Assembly: GCA_963682135.1 (NCBI GenBank)
Contig: OY821645.1
Location: 2,752,001 to 2,816,000 of the forward strand
DNA length: 64,000 bases
From: Methanothrix sp.
Lineage (GTDB): Archaea; Halobacteriota; Methanosarcinia; Methanotrichales; Methanotrichaceae
Reading direction: 5' to 3'
Part shown: one piece after another, positions 9,928-21,400 of the stretch
How the letters are laid out: every line of letters starts with the position of its first letter
Position numbering within the stretch: the first letter of the stretch is position 1
Notes under the pieces: generated by a model
Seen by the model: only the letters and a program-made list of their open reading frames with translations
Told to the model about the DNA's origin: nothing
Databases searched by the model: none
Translations under genes and position numbers: made by a program

Positions 9928-11178
9928 ATGTCGTTTCAGATTGAGAAAATTCATGCTCGTGAGATCCTTGACTCGCGAGGAAACCCGACGATAGAGGTTG
10001 ATGTTTACACATGTTGCGGTTTTGGCCGCGCTGCCGTGCCCTCTGGGGCATCTACAGGCACGCACGAGGCTCTGGAGCTACGTGATGGAGGAGACAGATA
10101 TGGCGGCAAGGGCGTCCTCAAGGCCGTCAAGAATGTCAATGAGGTTATAGCTCCCCAGCTGCTGGGCATGAATGCTTCCGCTCAGAGGGAGATCGATGAT
10201 TTTATGATCGAGCTGGATGGCACGCCTAATAAAAGCAATCTCGGTGCCAATGCCATTTTAGGTGTCTCAATAGCAGTGGCCAAGGCGGCAGCCTCATCTG
10301 CAGAAATGCCGCTCTACAAATACCTGGGTGGCGTCAACACCGCTCGCCTTCCCATTCCTTCCTTCAACGTACTCAATGGTGGTCAGCATGCCGGCAACGA
10401 GCTCTCCATCCAGGAGTTTATGATTCAGCCCACCGGTGCCAGGAAGTTTTCCGAAGGCCTGCGCATGGCTGTGGAGACCTATCACGCACTGGGCAAAATC
10501 CTGAAGGGCAAGTACGGTGTGGGCGCAACCAACGTCGGTTATGAAGGTGGCTATGCCCCTCCCCTGGTCAAGACTCGCGATGCCCTTGATTCCATCATGA
10601 GTGCCCTTGATGTCAGCGGTTATGGTGATGAGATCAAGATCGGCCTGGACTCGGCTGCATCCAGCTTTTATATGGAGGGCGGCTACTCTGTGGATGGCAA
10701 TCGGCTCGCTCCAGGAGAGCTGATTGATTACTATGTCGATCTTGTCAAGACATACCCCATTATTCTGCTGGAAGACCCATTCGAAGAAGAGGCGTATGAC
10801 AGCTTTGCCGAGCTTACCGCCAAGCTGCCGGGCACGATAATAGTTGGGGACGACCTTTATGTCACCAACATAAAGCGTCTGGAGAAGGGCATCAAGATGC
10901 ATGCCGGAAACGCTCTGCTCCTCAAGCTTAACCAGATTGGATCTGTCTCTGAGGCTTTTGATGCGGCACGCATGGCCTTCCGGGCGGGCTGGAAGGTTAT
11001 GGCCTCTCATCGTTCCGCAGAGACAGAGGACTCGGCTCTTGCCGATGTGGCTGTGGCTCTGGGCTGCGAGCTGCTCAAGACCGGTGCACCGGCTCGTTCG
11101 GAGAGGACGAGCAAGTATAACCAGCTCCTGCGCATTGAGGAGCAGCTCGATGAAGCGGCGGCATACGCCACGATTTAG
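9928..11178 (+). CDS. eno: Enolase (phosphopyruvate hydratase)
   Basis: AREILDSRGNPT, VPSGASTG, LLLKLNQIG, SHRSAETED, RSERTSKYNQLLRIEE motifs. Confidence 0.98.
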   Translation: MSFQIEKIHAREILDSRGNPTIEVDVYTCCGFGRAAVPSGASTGTHEALELRDGGDRYGGKGVLKAVKNVNEVIAPQLLGMNASAQREIDDFMIELDGTPNKSNLGANAILGVSIAVAKAAASSAEMPLYKYLGGVNTARLPIPSFNVLNGGQHAGNELSIQEFMIQPTGARKFSEGLRMAVETYHALGKILKGKYGVGATNVGYEGGYAPPLVKTRDALDSIMSALDVSGYGDEIKIGLDSAASSFYMEGGYSVDGNRLAPGELIDYYVDLVKTYPIILLEDPFEEEAYDSFAELTAKLPGTIIVGDDLYVTNIKRLEKGIKMHAGNALLLKLNQIGSVSEAFDAARMAFRAGWKVMASHRSAETEDSALADVAVALGCELLKTGAPARSERTSKYNQLLRIEEQLDEAAAYATI

Positions 11179-11263
11179 GCTTCTAAGAATCAGAAAGGCT
11201 CTGTCCTGAGAATTTGGGACGAGCCAATTATTTTTATTTGACAAATTTCGCTGAAGCCACCTG

Positions 11264-11310
11264 CGGCCTCCCACGCCAGCGCGCGCGTGGGGGGCGGCCG
11301 TGGGAGGCCG
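11264..11310. repeat. GC-rich palindrome (perfect 12-bp stem) between convergent genes
   Basis: cggcctcccacg (11264-11275) / cgtgggaggccg (11299-11310). Confidence 0.7.
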
Positions 11311-11341
11311 TGTCCAGAACATCGCCTCTAAAAACGGCCTC

Positions 11342-12163
11342 TCATTGCCACATCACTTCAAGGGGTTTTCGGCGGGGGACTGCGAAGACCCTGTATTTCG
11401 GGTTGCCAAACATCATGGCGTAGGCGCATTTGCGTCCCGCAGGCAGGCCGAGTTCTCTCTGGAGCGGTTCATAAGAGATGGCAGCCATGGCGACGAATCC
11501 TGCCCAGCAGGTGCCGATGCCAAATGCCGGGGCAGCGACATCGAAATGCGTCAGAGCAATGATAGCATCGGTGGAAGCTATCGGGTTATCCTCAGGAATG
11601 TGGGCGAAGAGCAGATGCGGGGCTCCCCGGCAGATGACGTCAACTCCCTGCTCCCACGCCGAAATAAACATCGGAACGTAACCGCTCATGGGATGGGAGG
11701 TATTCAGAAGGCTCTTCATCCATTCGATGGTCAGTTCGGCTATCTTCTTCACCTTATCTGGGTCATGAACAATAAGCCATTGCACCGGCTGGCCGTTGCT
11801 TCCCGAGGCGGCGTACCTGGCAGTATCGAGGATTTCGAGGATCTTTTCCTTAGGCACAGGATCACTGGTGAAGTGTCGCACGGACCGGCGTTTCTTGAGA
11901 TAGAACGATATTGTCCCTGGAGAAATGGTTCCGGCACCTTCCGGCAATGGCAGCTTCTCATCGGGCCGCAGGTTTAAGAAGAGCGCTTGTGACGGACAAA
12001 AAGCCTCGCAGTGACCGCACTGGAGGCACATGACTGCTTTTTCACCTGCGACCTTGGGAAGGATGTTTTCCTTCCCAGGATTTATGATCATAATAGGGCA
12101 GACAGCCGAACAGATCCCGCACCTAGAGCAGAGATCTTTATCAACGATTATAGTTTCCATCAA
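11342..12163 (-). CDS. Nitroreductase family protein with N-terminal 2x[4Fe-4S] ferredoxin domain
   Basis: CSRCGICSAVCP and CLQCGHCEAFCP; RRSVRHF, ASGSNGQP, GIGTCW. Confidence 0.92.
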   Translation of the reverse strand: MMETIIVDKDLCSRCGICSAVCPIMIINPGKENILPKVAGEKAVMCLQCGHCEAFCPSQALFLNLRPDEKLPLPEGAGTISPGTISFYLKKRRSVRHFTSDPVPKEKILEILDTARYAASGSNGQPVQWLIVHDPDKVKKIAELTIEWMKSLLNTSHPMSGYVPMFISAWEQGVDVICRGAPHLLFAHIPEDNPIASTDAIIALTHFDVAAPAFGIGTCWAGFVAMAAISYEPLQRELGLPAGRKCAYAMMFGNPKYRVFAVPRRKPLEVMWQ

Positions 12164-12220
12164 TTATCATCCTTTCTGATTGCTTCTCTTGATTGAATAA
12201 GAATCTTGCCTGCACTCCGT

Positions 12221-12388
12221 GTGTTGCGGTTTGGCGAATTGCAAAAGGAGCTTCCTGGCGCATTAATACCAAGATTCTGACAAAGCAGCTACGCGTGCTG
12301 GAGGAAGATGAAGTAATCAATCGGCCAGTCTATCCGGAGGTGCCGCACTGTGTGGAATACATGATCACGGATTTCGGCAAAACTTTAA
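12221..12388 (+). pseudogene. HxlR-family winged-helix regulator remnant (N-terminus lost, frameshifted, 3'-truncated)
   Basis: VLRFGELQKELPG in one frame joins INTKILTKQLRVLEEDEVINRPVYPEVPHCVEYMITDFGKTL in another; divergent from the nitroreductase, as HxlR genes commonly are. Confidence 0.8.
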
Positions 12389-12426
12389 CTGCTCAAATTT
12401 TGGCTGCAGCTTCCTCAGGCCACGGG

Positions 12427-12478
12427 CGGCGGCCTCGTGCGACCGTAGGGAGGTCGTGGGCCGAGGAGGAGGCCGCCG
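12427..12478. repeat. GC-rich palindrome (10-bp outer stem plus inner stem)
   Basis: cggcggcctc (12427-36) / gaggccgccg (12469-78); inner gcgacc/ggtcgt. Confidence 0.65.
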
Positions 12479-12896
12479 GGGCGCGTAGCTCTCATGTTCA
12501 TAAAGGGCGAGTGAGAACGGTCTAGCTCGCTCGGTCAGGAAGCCTGAGGCAGGACAAGCATCGCAAGAAAAGCAAGATCCATTGGATTTGAAGATCTCGC
12601 GAAGGGAAGTCCAATAAATCTGGGAAAGCTATGCAGAGAGCAAACAAGAATAAGATGCACTCGGAGATGTATTTTGCTATTGGCCACAGGTTGTCTGGAC
12701 CATGAAGGAAAATATAAATTATTCATACGAAATGGATTCTGAGCAGGTGCGAAATACTTTCAGGACTATACACACGCCAACTTACCTAAAAAAAGCTAAG
12801 ATCAGATCTCCACTCACCCACAAACAGTCCTCAATTCCATGTAACACTTTATTTCCGAAGAAAGCATTATAAGCTTTCAGGCAGTGACTTAGACGC

Positions 12897-15800
12897 GTGA
12901 GTAAAAATATCCTTTCAACTGCGGCATGGCTGACTATTTCAATTCTAGGCATCTTAATCTTTCTTATATTTCCAATACATGCGGATGAAAATGCGAATTT
13001 AGCTTCATCCGGCCAGATATCGACGCCGATAAATTCGACAATTCAGGGTACTCTTATCCATAGCCCGGATAGCATCCAGCGAGAGATTGATGCGGCAGAA
13101 CCGGGAGATCTATTGATAGTAGAAAGTGGGGTATATTTTGAGGGGATCAATATAACCAAGACCATTTCTTTGATCGGAAGAGATACGGGTTTTGGACCGC
13201 CGGTAATAGATTCAGGTGGAAAAGGCAGCGCTGTGACGCTCTCTGCGGATCGTATATCTTTAGAAGGATTTAGACTTGTCAATTCAAGCGGGACTGAAGG
13301 AAATGCAGGTCTTAAGGTTATTTCAAATAAAAATGTTATCAGGAATAATAATATTGTTCGAAACAATGGAACGGGCATATCGTTGTCCAATTCGCAGGAA
13401 AACGAGATTACAAATAATACGATAATTGAAAATGGGCTTCATGGCATCTCCCTCGATAACAGCTCCTCGCATAATGAGATCGTAAAAAATGCGGTTAGCA
13501 GGAATAATGCAAGCGGCATTGGACTGTGGAACCGCAGCAATGATAATCTCCTCGAAGGTAATCTGGTTTTTTTTAATAAATTGGGCATAAGCCTCTGGAA
13601 TGAATGCGATCAAAATCAACTGCTTGGGAATAACGCCAGCCAGAATGATTTCAGCGGAATTCAGATCTATCAGGGAATGAATAGCACAATTGCGGAAAAC
13701 ACTGCTGTACTCAATAATTATTCAGGAATAGCTATAATCTCGTCAATGAAAAGCAGGATCATGGGCAATAATCTGAGCTGGAATAAGTATGGCATAAATA
13801 TGGCCGGGACATCAGGGGATGAGGTTTCGAGCAACCTGGCAAGATCGAATCGTATGCAAGGAATAAAAATATCCGATTCGATGAATTTGAGTCTCAAGGA
13901 GAACCAAATGGACCAGAACCTTGAAGCGCTTATGATCACTGGCTCAGAATCAATTATATCATACTCCAACAACGCCAGTTTTAATGAGGTGGGCATGACC
14001 TTCCTCGATAGCCGGCTCTGCACGATCAAGGATAATGAAGCCTTTCAAAATGGCAATGGCATGTTCCTGGTGGGATCATCTCAATGCATATTGACCTCAA
14101 ACAAGATCCACCATAACCGTCTTGAGGGACTGGCCCTTGGAAGATCCGACGACAATCTCATCCAAGAAAACGAGATACTATTTAATTACGATGGTATCTA
14201 TATCGATAATGCAATAAACAATTCTATCAAGAATAACCGAGCAACAGGCAACGCCGATCATGGAATATTGCTTTTTAATAACTCTAGCCATAATGCCCTA
14301 GTGAACAACAATCTGCAGAAAAACGGTTGGGGCATCCTTGTTTCTGGATCGCGGGATAATATCCTGACCGATAATATGGCAAATGATAACTATTACGGCC
14401 TTTATTTATCTGGATCACAGGGCAACAACCTATCTGGAAGCATTCTTTCAAGAAATATATTTAACTTCGGAGATATAGGCTTTGTGAGCCCGAATACCGT
14501 TGATCTCACCAATACCGTAGATGGAAAATCTGTTTATTATCTTGTGGGAGAATCAGAGGTCACCATAGATGGAAGATCAAAGGCGGGAGTTGTCTACTGC
14601 ATCGACTGCAGTAATATAACCATTAAAGGCCTCTCCATTTCCAACAGCAGCCGAGCAGTCTACTTTAGGAACACCACCGGATCGAATATAATTGGCAATA
14701 CCATAAGAACCAGCTGGAATGGTATCTTCTTGGAGGGATCTTCCAGCAACTTGATAGAAGCCAACGATGTCAAGAGCACTGAAAATGCCATATTCCTGGA
14801 GAGTTCGGAGCGCAATATTTTGAAGTCTAATAAAGCCATCGATAATTCTTATGGGATTGTTCTCGATTGCTCTCGGAGGAATTCTATAGCATCTAACCTT
14901 GCCGAGATAAACTATGTTGGCCTATTAATTGCCAACCTCAGCGAGGCAAATGAGGCGGAGAAAAATGATTTGGAAAGAAATGGCATAGGGATCTATTTGA
15001 ATGACTCCTATAACAATCTTCTTTATCAGAATAACGCCAGTAGAAGTGAGTATGTAGGAATAGATCTGGTCGATTCCAGCAGAAATGATATCACGGAAAA
15101 TGTTGCTTCTGCGTGCTGGCTGGGGATCTATTTAAAAGAATCTGCTGAGAACTCAATCCACGCAAATGAGATCGCGGGAAATCAACAGACAGGCCTGCAT
15201 TTTTTTAAATCCAATTCAAATAATATAAGTCAAAATGCAGTCCATAATAACAGATTAGATGGAATAATGATGGATGAATCCGATATCAATACAATATGGG
15301 CAAATGAAGTCCGGGACAATATCCGGGCAGGAATAAGAATCGTGAACTCCAGCAAGAACACTGTGGAGCAGAACAATGCTCTGAAGAATACTTGGGGGAT
15401 ATATCATGACAATTCCAGTCATGCTGTGATGAGAAGAAATTTTATGGCAAATAATAGATATAATTTTTATTCCCGGGGCGATAACGACATAGATGCCTCC
15501 AATAAGGTCAAAGCTGCGTCCATGGGACAAAACAGTTCCATATATTATCTTGTAAATGATTCTGATAGGAGCATAGAGCAGTCATCCAACCCAGGATTGG
15601 TCTATTGCCTAAACTGCACCAATATTACTATGAAAGGTCTAAACCTCACAAATAATGTCTATGGCATACTTCTGGAAAACACGACTGGTTCACAGATTGA
15701 GGGATCCAGGCTTAACGGCAATCAGATGGGAATTGGCCTTTTTGCCTGTAATGATAATAATCTGAGCAATAATGAGATTCTTGACAATGCCCAAGATGGG

Positions 15801-18401
15801 CTTCTAATCATTGATTCCAATAATAATGTGATGGAGAGAAACAATATCAGCAAAAATGAGATGGATGGCTTCGCTCTATCCAACTCATCCGGCAATAATA
15901 TATCTTTCAACCGCATGGATGAAAATGTCTATTCTGGGATAAGGCTCAATGGTTCCAGGTTGAATTCACTGCATTCAAATCTGGTTTTGGGTAATGGGGC
16001 GGGATTGCTTCTTGATTTCTCCGGAGGAAATGCTCTTGAGGATAACATAATCGATAATAAAGGCTGCAATTTCAATGTAACCGGTCGCAGTTATGCAGAC
16101 TTCGACAATAATATCTCTTCGAGCAATCTCCTCAATGAGAAACCCATTTATTATCTGGTAAATGCCTCCAATATCGCACTGAACTCGACCAGCAATGCTG
16201 GATCTGTGTTCGGCCTCTATTGCACCAACTTGACCCTCGAAAATCTGACCATCAGGGACAATTATATGGGCATTTACCTCCGTAATACTACCGGTTCTAA
16301 GGTGATTGGAAATCGTTTTATCAACAACACTTTCGGCATTTCCCTGTATGGCTGTGAGAATAATACTCTGGAGGATAATGCAGCCAAAGAAAACGAATAC
16401 GGCTATGACATCCGGTTCTCCGAGAGGAACGTCCTCTTGCGCAACCTTGTCAACCGCAGCACTGGCTATGGCATTTCTCTGCAGGAATCCCAACTGAATA
16501 CCCTGAGAGATAATGTAATGGAAAATAACCGCTACAGCCTTTCTGTCAACCGGGAAAACGACATAGACACCTCAAACAAAGTGAGCGGTCGTGCAGCATT
16601 CTTCCTGGTGAATGAAAAAGACCAGGTCCTAGACGGCTCCTCCCCGGCAGGCACGATCTACTGTTTCAACTGTAAGAATATAACCATTCGCGGTCAGAAC
16701 CTGAGCAGCAGCTCCAGCGGTATCGCCTTCTATAACACTACAGACTCCCTGATAGAAGATAATTACTTGCACCATAATCTGGTGGGGATCTATCTGGAGA
16801 ACTCCCACGGGAATATCCTGAGAGAGAATCAGATGATGCAAAACAACCAGAGCGGCATACGTCTATTTCAATCTCCCCAAAACAACCTGGAAGAGAACAA
16901 GGCAGCATTCAACCAGCATGGCATCAGCCTTCTCAATTCAAGGGGCAATACTCTTGCTTCCAATCTTCTCTCTGAGAATAGCGGAAGGGGAATCTGGCTA
17001 ATGGATAGTCTTGAGAATAATCTGACCAACAATAGTGCATATCAAAATGGCTATGGAATGTTTCTAGAATCTTCCGGCAGCTCCCGCCTGATAAGAAACA
17101 ATCTCAACTCAAATCAGTACAACTTTGCCTTATTGGCGGAAAACCGCAGCCATATGCTTAATTCAATTGAGCCGGACAACCTGGTCGATGGAAAGCCGAT
17201 TATCTTTCTCATAGGCTCGGATGGAGCGATGATAGATAAGAGCGATAATGCTGGGGCTATATATTGCCTTGATTGCAGCAATATCACAGTCAAAGAGCAG
17301 GAAATCAGCAATTCTTATCATGGAATATGCCTCTACAATACTTCAATGTCCCAGGTTATTGGGTGTAGCTTCAGTGATTGTATGACGGGGATCGCTATCA
17401 TCGACTCGGAGCGCAACATAGTCGATGGTAACCATTTTAAGAAAAATGGCCATGGTATATACCTAATGGATTCGATCTCCAACGCTATCTCTCAAAATCG
17501 GGTAGAGAGCAGCTGGAGCGATGGCATCAAGCTCTTGGAGTCCGATGGAAATGCAATATGGAAGAACGAGGTTGAATCCGGCAATTTGAGCGGCATATAT
17601 CTCGATCCATCAAACCGCAATAACGTAACCTCAAATCATATTTTGAACAACGGTCAGGATAATGTAAACTACGGACCGGGAAGCGATAGCAATAATCTGA
17701 GAGATAACCAGATTCAAGCCGAGATGGGAACAGGCGGTGGAAAGGACGAAGACCACTCACCTGAGGCAGAAACAATCGATTATTCGTCTCTGGTTGAGAC
17801 TGAGAAGTCCAAGCTCTGTATGGGGAAAATAGCTTTTGAACCAGAGAGGAAGATGATAGTAGGCGAGGTCTATAGAGTAGAAACCCGCATATCAATTAAT
17901 GAGAACGTTGAAGATCTCATCGCCGGCTTATCGTCCCAGGGAGAGGCCAAAGTAGAGAGTATTCCCGTCAGCACCTTTATGAAATTAAGGCTTACCGGTT
18001 CCAAGTTCGATATCGATTCAATAACCGACGAAAGGCAATTGGTAACCAAGGGCGGTCATCAAGAGTGGCTGTGGGATGTAACCCCTCTGGAATCGGGAAT
18101 GCATGATCTTACCCTCTCTGCCTTTGCTGAGATAATCCTGCCCGGTCAGAGTCCCATGACCATAGACTCGAAGGTATTCTCCACTCATATCAGCGTGACT
18201 TCAAAAGAGGTGCCTGTAGCCGAGAAGACGGAAGGATTCGTCGAGAAGAATTGGCAGTTCATTGTGGGAACCCTGATCATGGGATCCGGGCTGCTCAAAT
18301 GGATATTGGGCAAGATAAAGGCAAATGCCGCCAAGGGCAAAAGCCAGTCAGTGGATAAGGCAAAGGAACAGAAAAATGAGGATGAGAAGAAATCCTCCTA
18401 A
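12897..18401 (+). CDS. NosD/CASH right-handed beta-helix surface protein, membrane anchored
   Basis: N-terminal hydrophobic signal; SIQREIDAAEPGDLLIVESGVYFE; dozens of GI.L..S.NN.I..N PbH1 repeats; repeated N.VDGKPIYYLV...AG.IYC.NC.NIT motif; C-terminal hydrophobic helix and Lys-rich tail. Confidence 0.88.
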   Translation: MSKNILSTAAWLTISILGILIFLIFPIHADENANLASSGQISTPINSTIQGTLIHSPDSIQREIDAAEPGDLLIVESGVYFEGINITKTISLIGRDTGFGPPVIDSGGKGSAVTLSADRISLEGFRLVNSSGTEGNAGLKVISNKNVIRNNNIVRNNGTGISLSNSQENEITNNTIIENGLHGISLDNSSSHNEIVKNAVSRNNASGIGLWNRSNDNLLEGNLVFFNKLGISLWNECDQNQLLGNNASQNDFSGIQIYQGMNSTIAENTAVLNNYSGIAIISSMKSRIMGNNLSWNKYGINMAGTSGDEVSSNLARSNRMQGIKISDSMNLSLKENQMDQNLEALMITGSESIISYSNNASFNEVGMTFLDSRLCTIKDNEAFQNGNGMFLVGSSQCILTSNKIHHNRLEGLALGRSDDNLIQENEILFNYDGIYIDNAINNSIKNNRATGNADHGILLFNNSSHNALVNNNLQKNGWGILVSGSRDNILTDNMANDNYYGLYLSGSQGNNLSGSILSRNIFNFGDIGFVSPNTVDLTNTVDGKSVYYLVGESEVTIDGRSKAGVVYCIDCSNITIKGLSISNSSRAVYFRNTTGSNIIGNTIRTSWNGIFLEGSSSNLIEANDVKSTENAIFLESSERNILKSNKAIDNSYGIVLDCSRRNSIASNLAEINYVGLLIANLSEANEAEKNDLERNGIGIYLNDSYNNLLYQNNASRSEYVGIDLVDSSRNDITENVASACWLGIYLKESAENSIHANEIAGNQQTGLHFFKSNSNNISQNAVHNNRLDGIMMDESDINTIWANEVRDNIRAGIRIVNSSKNTVEQNNALKNTWGIYHDNSSHAVMRRNFMANNRYNFYSRGDNDIDASNKVKAASMGQNSSIYYLVNDSDRSIEQSSNPGLVYCLNCTNITMKGLNLTNNVYGILLENTTGSQIEGSRLNGNQMGIGLFACNDNNLSNNEILDNAQDGLLIIDSNNNVMERNNISKNEMDGFALSNSSGNNISFNRMDENVYSGIRLNGSRLNSLHSNLVLGNGAGLLLDFSGGNALEDNIIDNKGCNFNVTGRSYADFDNNISSSNLLNEKPIYYLVNASNIALNSTSNAGSVFGLYCTNLTLENLTIRDNYMGIYLRNTTGSKVIGNRFINNTFGISLYGCENNTLEDNAAKENEYGYDIRFSERNVLLRNLVNRSTGYGISLQESQLNTLRDNVMENNRYSLSVNRENDIDTSNKVSGRAAFFLVNEKDQVLDGSSPAGTIYCFNCKNITIRGQNLSSSSSGIAFYNTTDSLIEDNYLHHNLVGIYLENSHGNILRENQMMQNNQSGIRLFQSPQNNLEENKAAFNQHGISLLNSRGNTLASNLLSENSGRGIWLMDSLENNLTNNSAYQNGYGMFLESSGSSRLIRNNLNSNQYNFALLAENRSHMLNSIEPDNLVDGKPIIFLIGSDGAMIDKSDNAGAIYCLDCSNITVKEQEISNSYHGICLYNTSMSQVIGCSFSDCMTGIAIIDSERNIVDGNHFKKNGHGIYLMDSISNAISQNRVESSWSDGIKLLESDGNAIWKNEVESGNLSGIYLDPSNRNNVTSNHILNNGQDNVNYGPGSDSNNLRDNQIQAEMGTGGGKDEDHSPEAETIDYSSLVETEKSKLCMGKIAFEPERKMIVGEVYRVETRISINENVEDLIAGLSSQGEAKVESIPVSTFMKLRLTGSKFDIDSITDERQLVTKGGHQEWLWDVTPLESGMHDLTLSAFAEIILPGQSPMTIDSKVFSTHISVTSKEVPVAEKTEGFVEKNWQFIVGTLIMGSGLLKWILGKIKANAAKGKSQSVDKAKEQKNEDEKKSS

Positions 18402-18414
18402 GATCAATAATAGA

Positions 18415-21400
18415 TCATGGACAGGATGTACCGGAGCATTGGAGATCCCAATCCTCGGGAGGCATCCAGTCACCTGAGGATGCCACACTGCTCTTATTGC
18501 CGATCGTCAGGACGGCGCTGTCATAAGCAGGCAATATGTCGCAGCCCTCCAACGATACCGCCTCAACTTTAACCTGATTGACCAGCCTACCTCCTTTTGT
18601 GACCATTACCTTGTAGACTATGGACATAGTGCCTTGTGGTTTGAGCGATATGACATTCCAGGTGATAGTATTGCTTTCACGGTCAAAGCTGGTGATGTCA
18701 GGAGTTGCCTCTACTAGCTTCATGCCTTGAGGCAGGCTGTCGGTTACAATGAGGCTGGTGGTGCAATTGCAGAGATTTTCAATGCTGAGGTGGTACCAAA
18801 CCAGATCACTGGCGGATTTATTGACATAGACGCTCTTCTTGACCATGATCAGATCATCGGTGGGAGGAAGTTCCAGCCAGCCGCCTTTAGTGACGGTGAT
18901 ATTGCTGGCGTAGGCCCAGCCCGCATCGTGACTTCCTGAGGCCTCCACACGGTTGACCAGTGTGCCGCTCGGATCTTCCCCCATCTCCAGCCAGAGGATG
19001 ATCTCAGACCTCCCACCTACGGGCAGATTGGTGAGAGTCCAGTTGGCGCTGGAGCTGGTCAGGCTGGGCCGGAGGGAGGAATTGACATAAAGGGCTCCGG
19101 GCGGGAAGAGGTCCTTTACATAAACTGGAGAGAGCATTTTGTTGCCATCGTTTTCCACAGCAATTTTATATCTGGCATAAGTCTTGCTGGGATTCGATTG
19201 ACTTATGATTTCCCCGTCCTTGATTACATTGATATGAGGACGATCGAAACGGGCAGTTCCCTTTATACTCGTCTTTTGTCTGATGGAATATTTGCCGATG
19301 TATTCCTGCTCCAGGTCCATTTCGCCTTTCATGGCCTGGCGATAGCTGGCGCTGCCGGTGAAGTTGGACTCGGTTTGGATGATGTTCAGGCCCATCACTA
19401 GGGTCTGCTTTTCCATGTCTTCCAGGTTGCGATACTCTTCTCCCAGGTAGGTGCTGCCCGGATCTCTGGAGTAGATGCCCTCACTCCAGTTCAATGATTG
19501 ATTGGGCCAGGAGGATATGGTTGGGTTCAGGCCGACCGGGTATGCGGTCAGATTGATATCCTTGTAGATGTAATTGGTGTATGTCTGGATCTCCTCCTGA
19601 GAAGAGTAATTTCCTGTTCCTGATTCATGGCTCCTCTGGCTATCTCCTATTCTTCTGTCTCCGGCCACAAATCCCGATCCCGAGGCGGATTTCTTTGAAA
19701 TTACACTCGAGCCGTATTCGTCAATCTTCTGATAGACTTTAAAGCTTCCAGCATAGTTTTCCAGAATATCCAGGAGGCTCGTCTTTCCGTCCACCTGCTT
19801 CTTTTGCAGGCCGAACCGGCCCAAGCCATCAAACTCGGAGGATTGTTCCATAACCGATTCGTTTTCATCCAGTTTTATGTGGCTCTCCAGGCTGATGTTT
19901 TGGGCATGGGAGAATGAGCCAGTCATGGATGTTCCAGTGATACGGTTCCTGGCCTGGGTCCTCTCTGTCCAGGGAGAAGTGGAATTGATGGTGCGCCTGT
20001 CGTAGAGTTTCAAGACTACTGGCTGCAGCCTGGCAGTTACGGATTTGTTCATCTGGATGGATTTGTTCTCCATAATCATACGAATCTCATCTTCGCTCTG
20101 GTAGAGGCCGCTGCCGTGCTCCCGGCTGGATAGCTCTGTGCCCGCTTCACCTAAAACTGTTACCAGAGATGTATCCTGGATCTGCTTTTTGGTGCTGGAT
20201 GAGAGGGCACGGACGGTATTCTTTATGACGAACTGCGGCAGGGTGGTTGAGTAATCATCGGCCACATTGACGTACCCTCCTCCGGATACGGATGAGGTCA
20301 TATCAAATTTTAAATTCGTCTTCGGGACCTGGACCATCAATGTGATCACAGCACACTCGCCTGGGGCAAGAGTTCCCAGGTGCCATTTGCCGTCTTTTTC
20401 TGTCTCCATTGAGCTATAAAGCAGTATGACCTGCGAGTCGAGGGCGTCCCAGGCGATGACGTTATCCAGGGGAAGGCTGCCAGTGTTGCAGATGGTGATG
20501 GTATAGGTGATGTTCTCGCCGCGCTTTACAGTCTTCTTATCTGCCTGCTTGCTAACACTAAGGGAGAGGATGTCGACATCGGCTCTGTCTGAAGCAAAAA
20601 CTGTGCCGCCTCGGGTAGTGTTTGCCTTCACACTGACCGTATTGGTCTGCATTCCTGAGACATCATCTTTAACCATGCCTATCATACTTATGAACTTCGA
20701 TTCGCCCGGCTGCATGGGGCCCAGATCCCGCCAGGAGACCAGATCACCCGAAGAGGTTGCATTGCGATCGTCTGAAACATAGCTAATTCCATTCGGCAGG
20801 TTGTCATTAACCAGAACCGATACCAATTCCTTCTGGCCGGTGTTGGTGATATTGATGCGGAATGTCACCTGGTCTGAGGGCTGAGCAAAAGAGGGATCAG
20901 CCTCTTTTTCTATGCTGATGTTTGCTGCTGCGTTCAGCTCCAGGGTATCTTCATCGCTCTGCTTCTGGCCGTCCTCAGAGGTGGCCTGGACGCTGGCCTT
21001 GCTGATCAGGGTTTCGGGAAGCTCATCATCCATAAGAGCCACCAGGTTGATCTCCTTAGTCTCTCCCGGTCTGAGCGGACCAGGATCCTGCCAGAGCAGA
21101 GTTCGGGTGCCGTTCTCCTCCTCCTGGGAGATGTCCGGATCCGGCCCGCTTTCTACGAATGTGCCAGCAATTCCTTTGGAGAGCTGGTCAGTTATACTGA
21201 TGTTGGTTAACTCAGAATCGCCGAGGTTGGTTACCATCAGGACGTATTGGGCATTGCTTGATGGCTGGCCGGTCTGGAGTGAGCCCTCCTGAGATATCTG
21301 TATTGAATCACTTATGGTTAATGCTCCATCCTCCAATAACGGATAATTATCTTTTTCTGATTCACCATCAATAGAATAAGGCGCATTGCCGATGCCGTCA

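Noticed and set aside
10294-11977. Long alternative ORFs 10294-11322 (-) and 11300-11977 (+)
   Set aside because: Antisense shadows of enolase and the nitroreductase with no recognisable motifs; the same applies to most short ORFs overlapping the fpo and surface genes.
12193-12525. 110-aa ORF as a functional gene
   Set aside because: Chimera of the HxlR fragment and read-through into a GC-rich palindrome.
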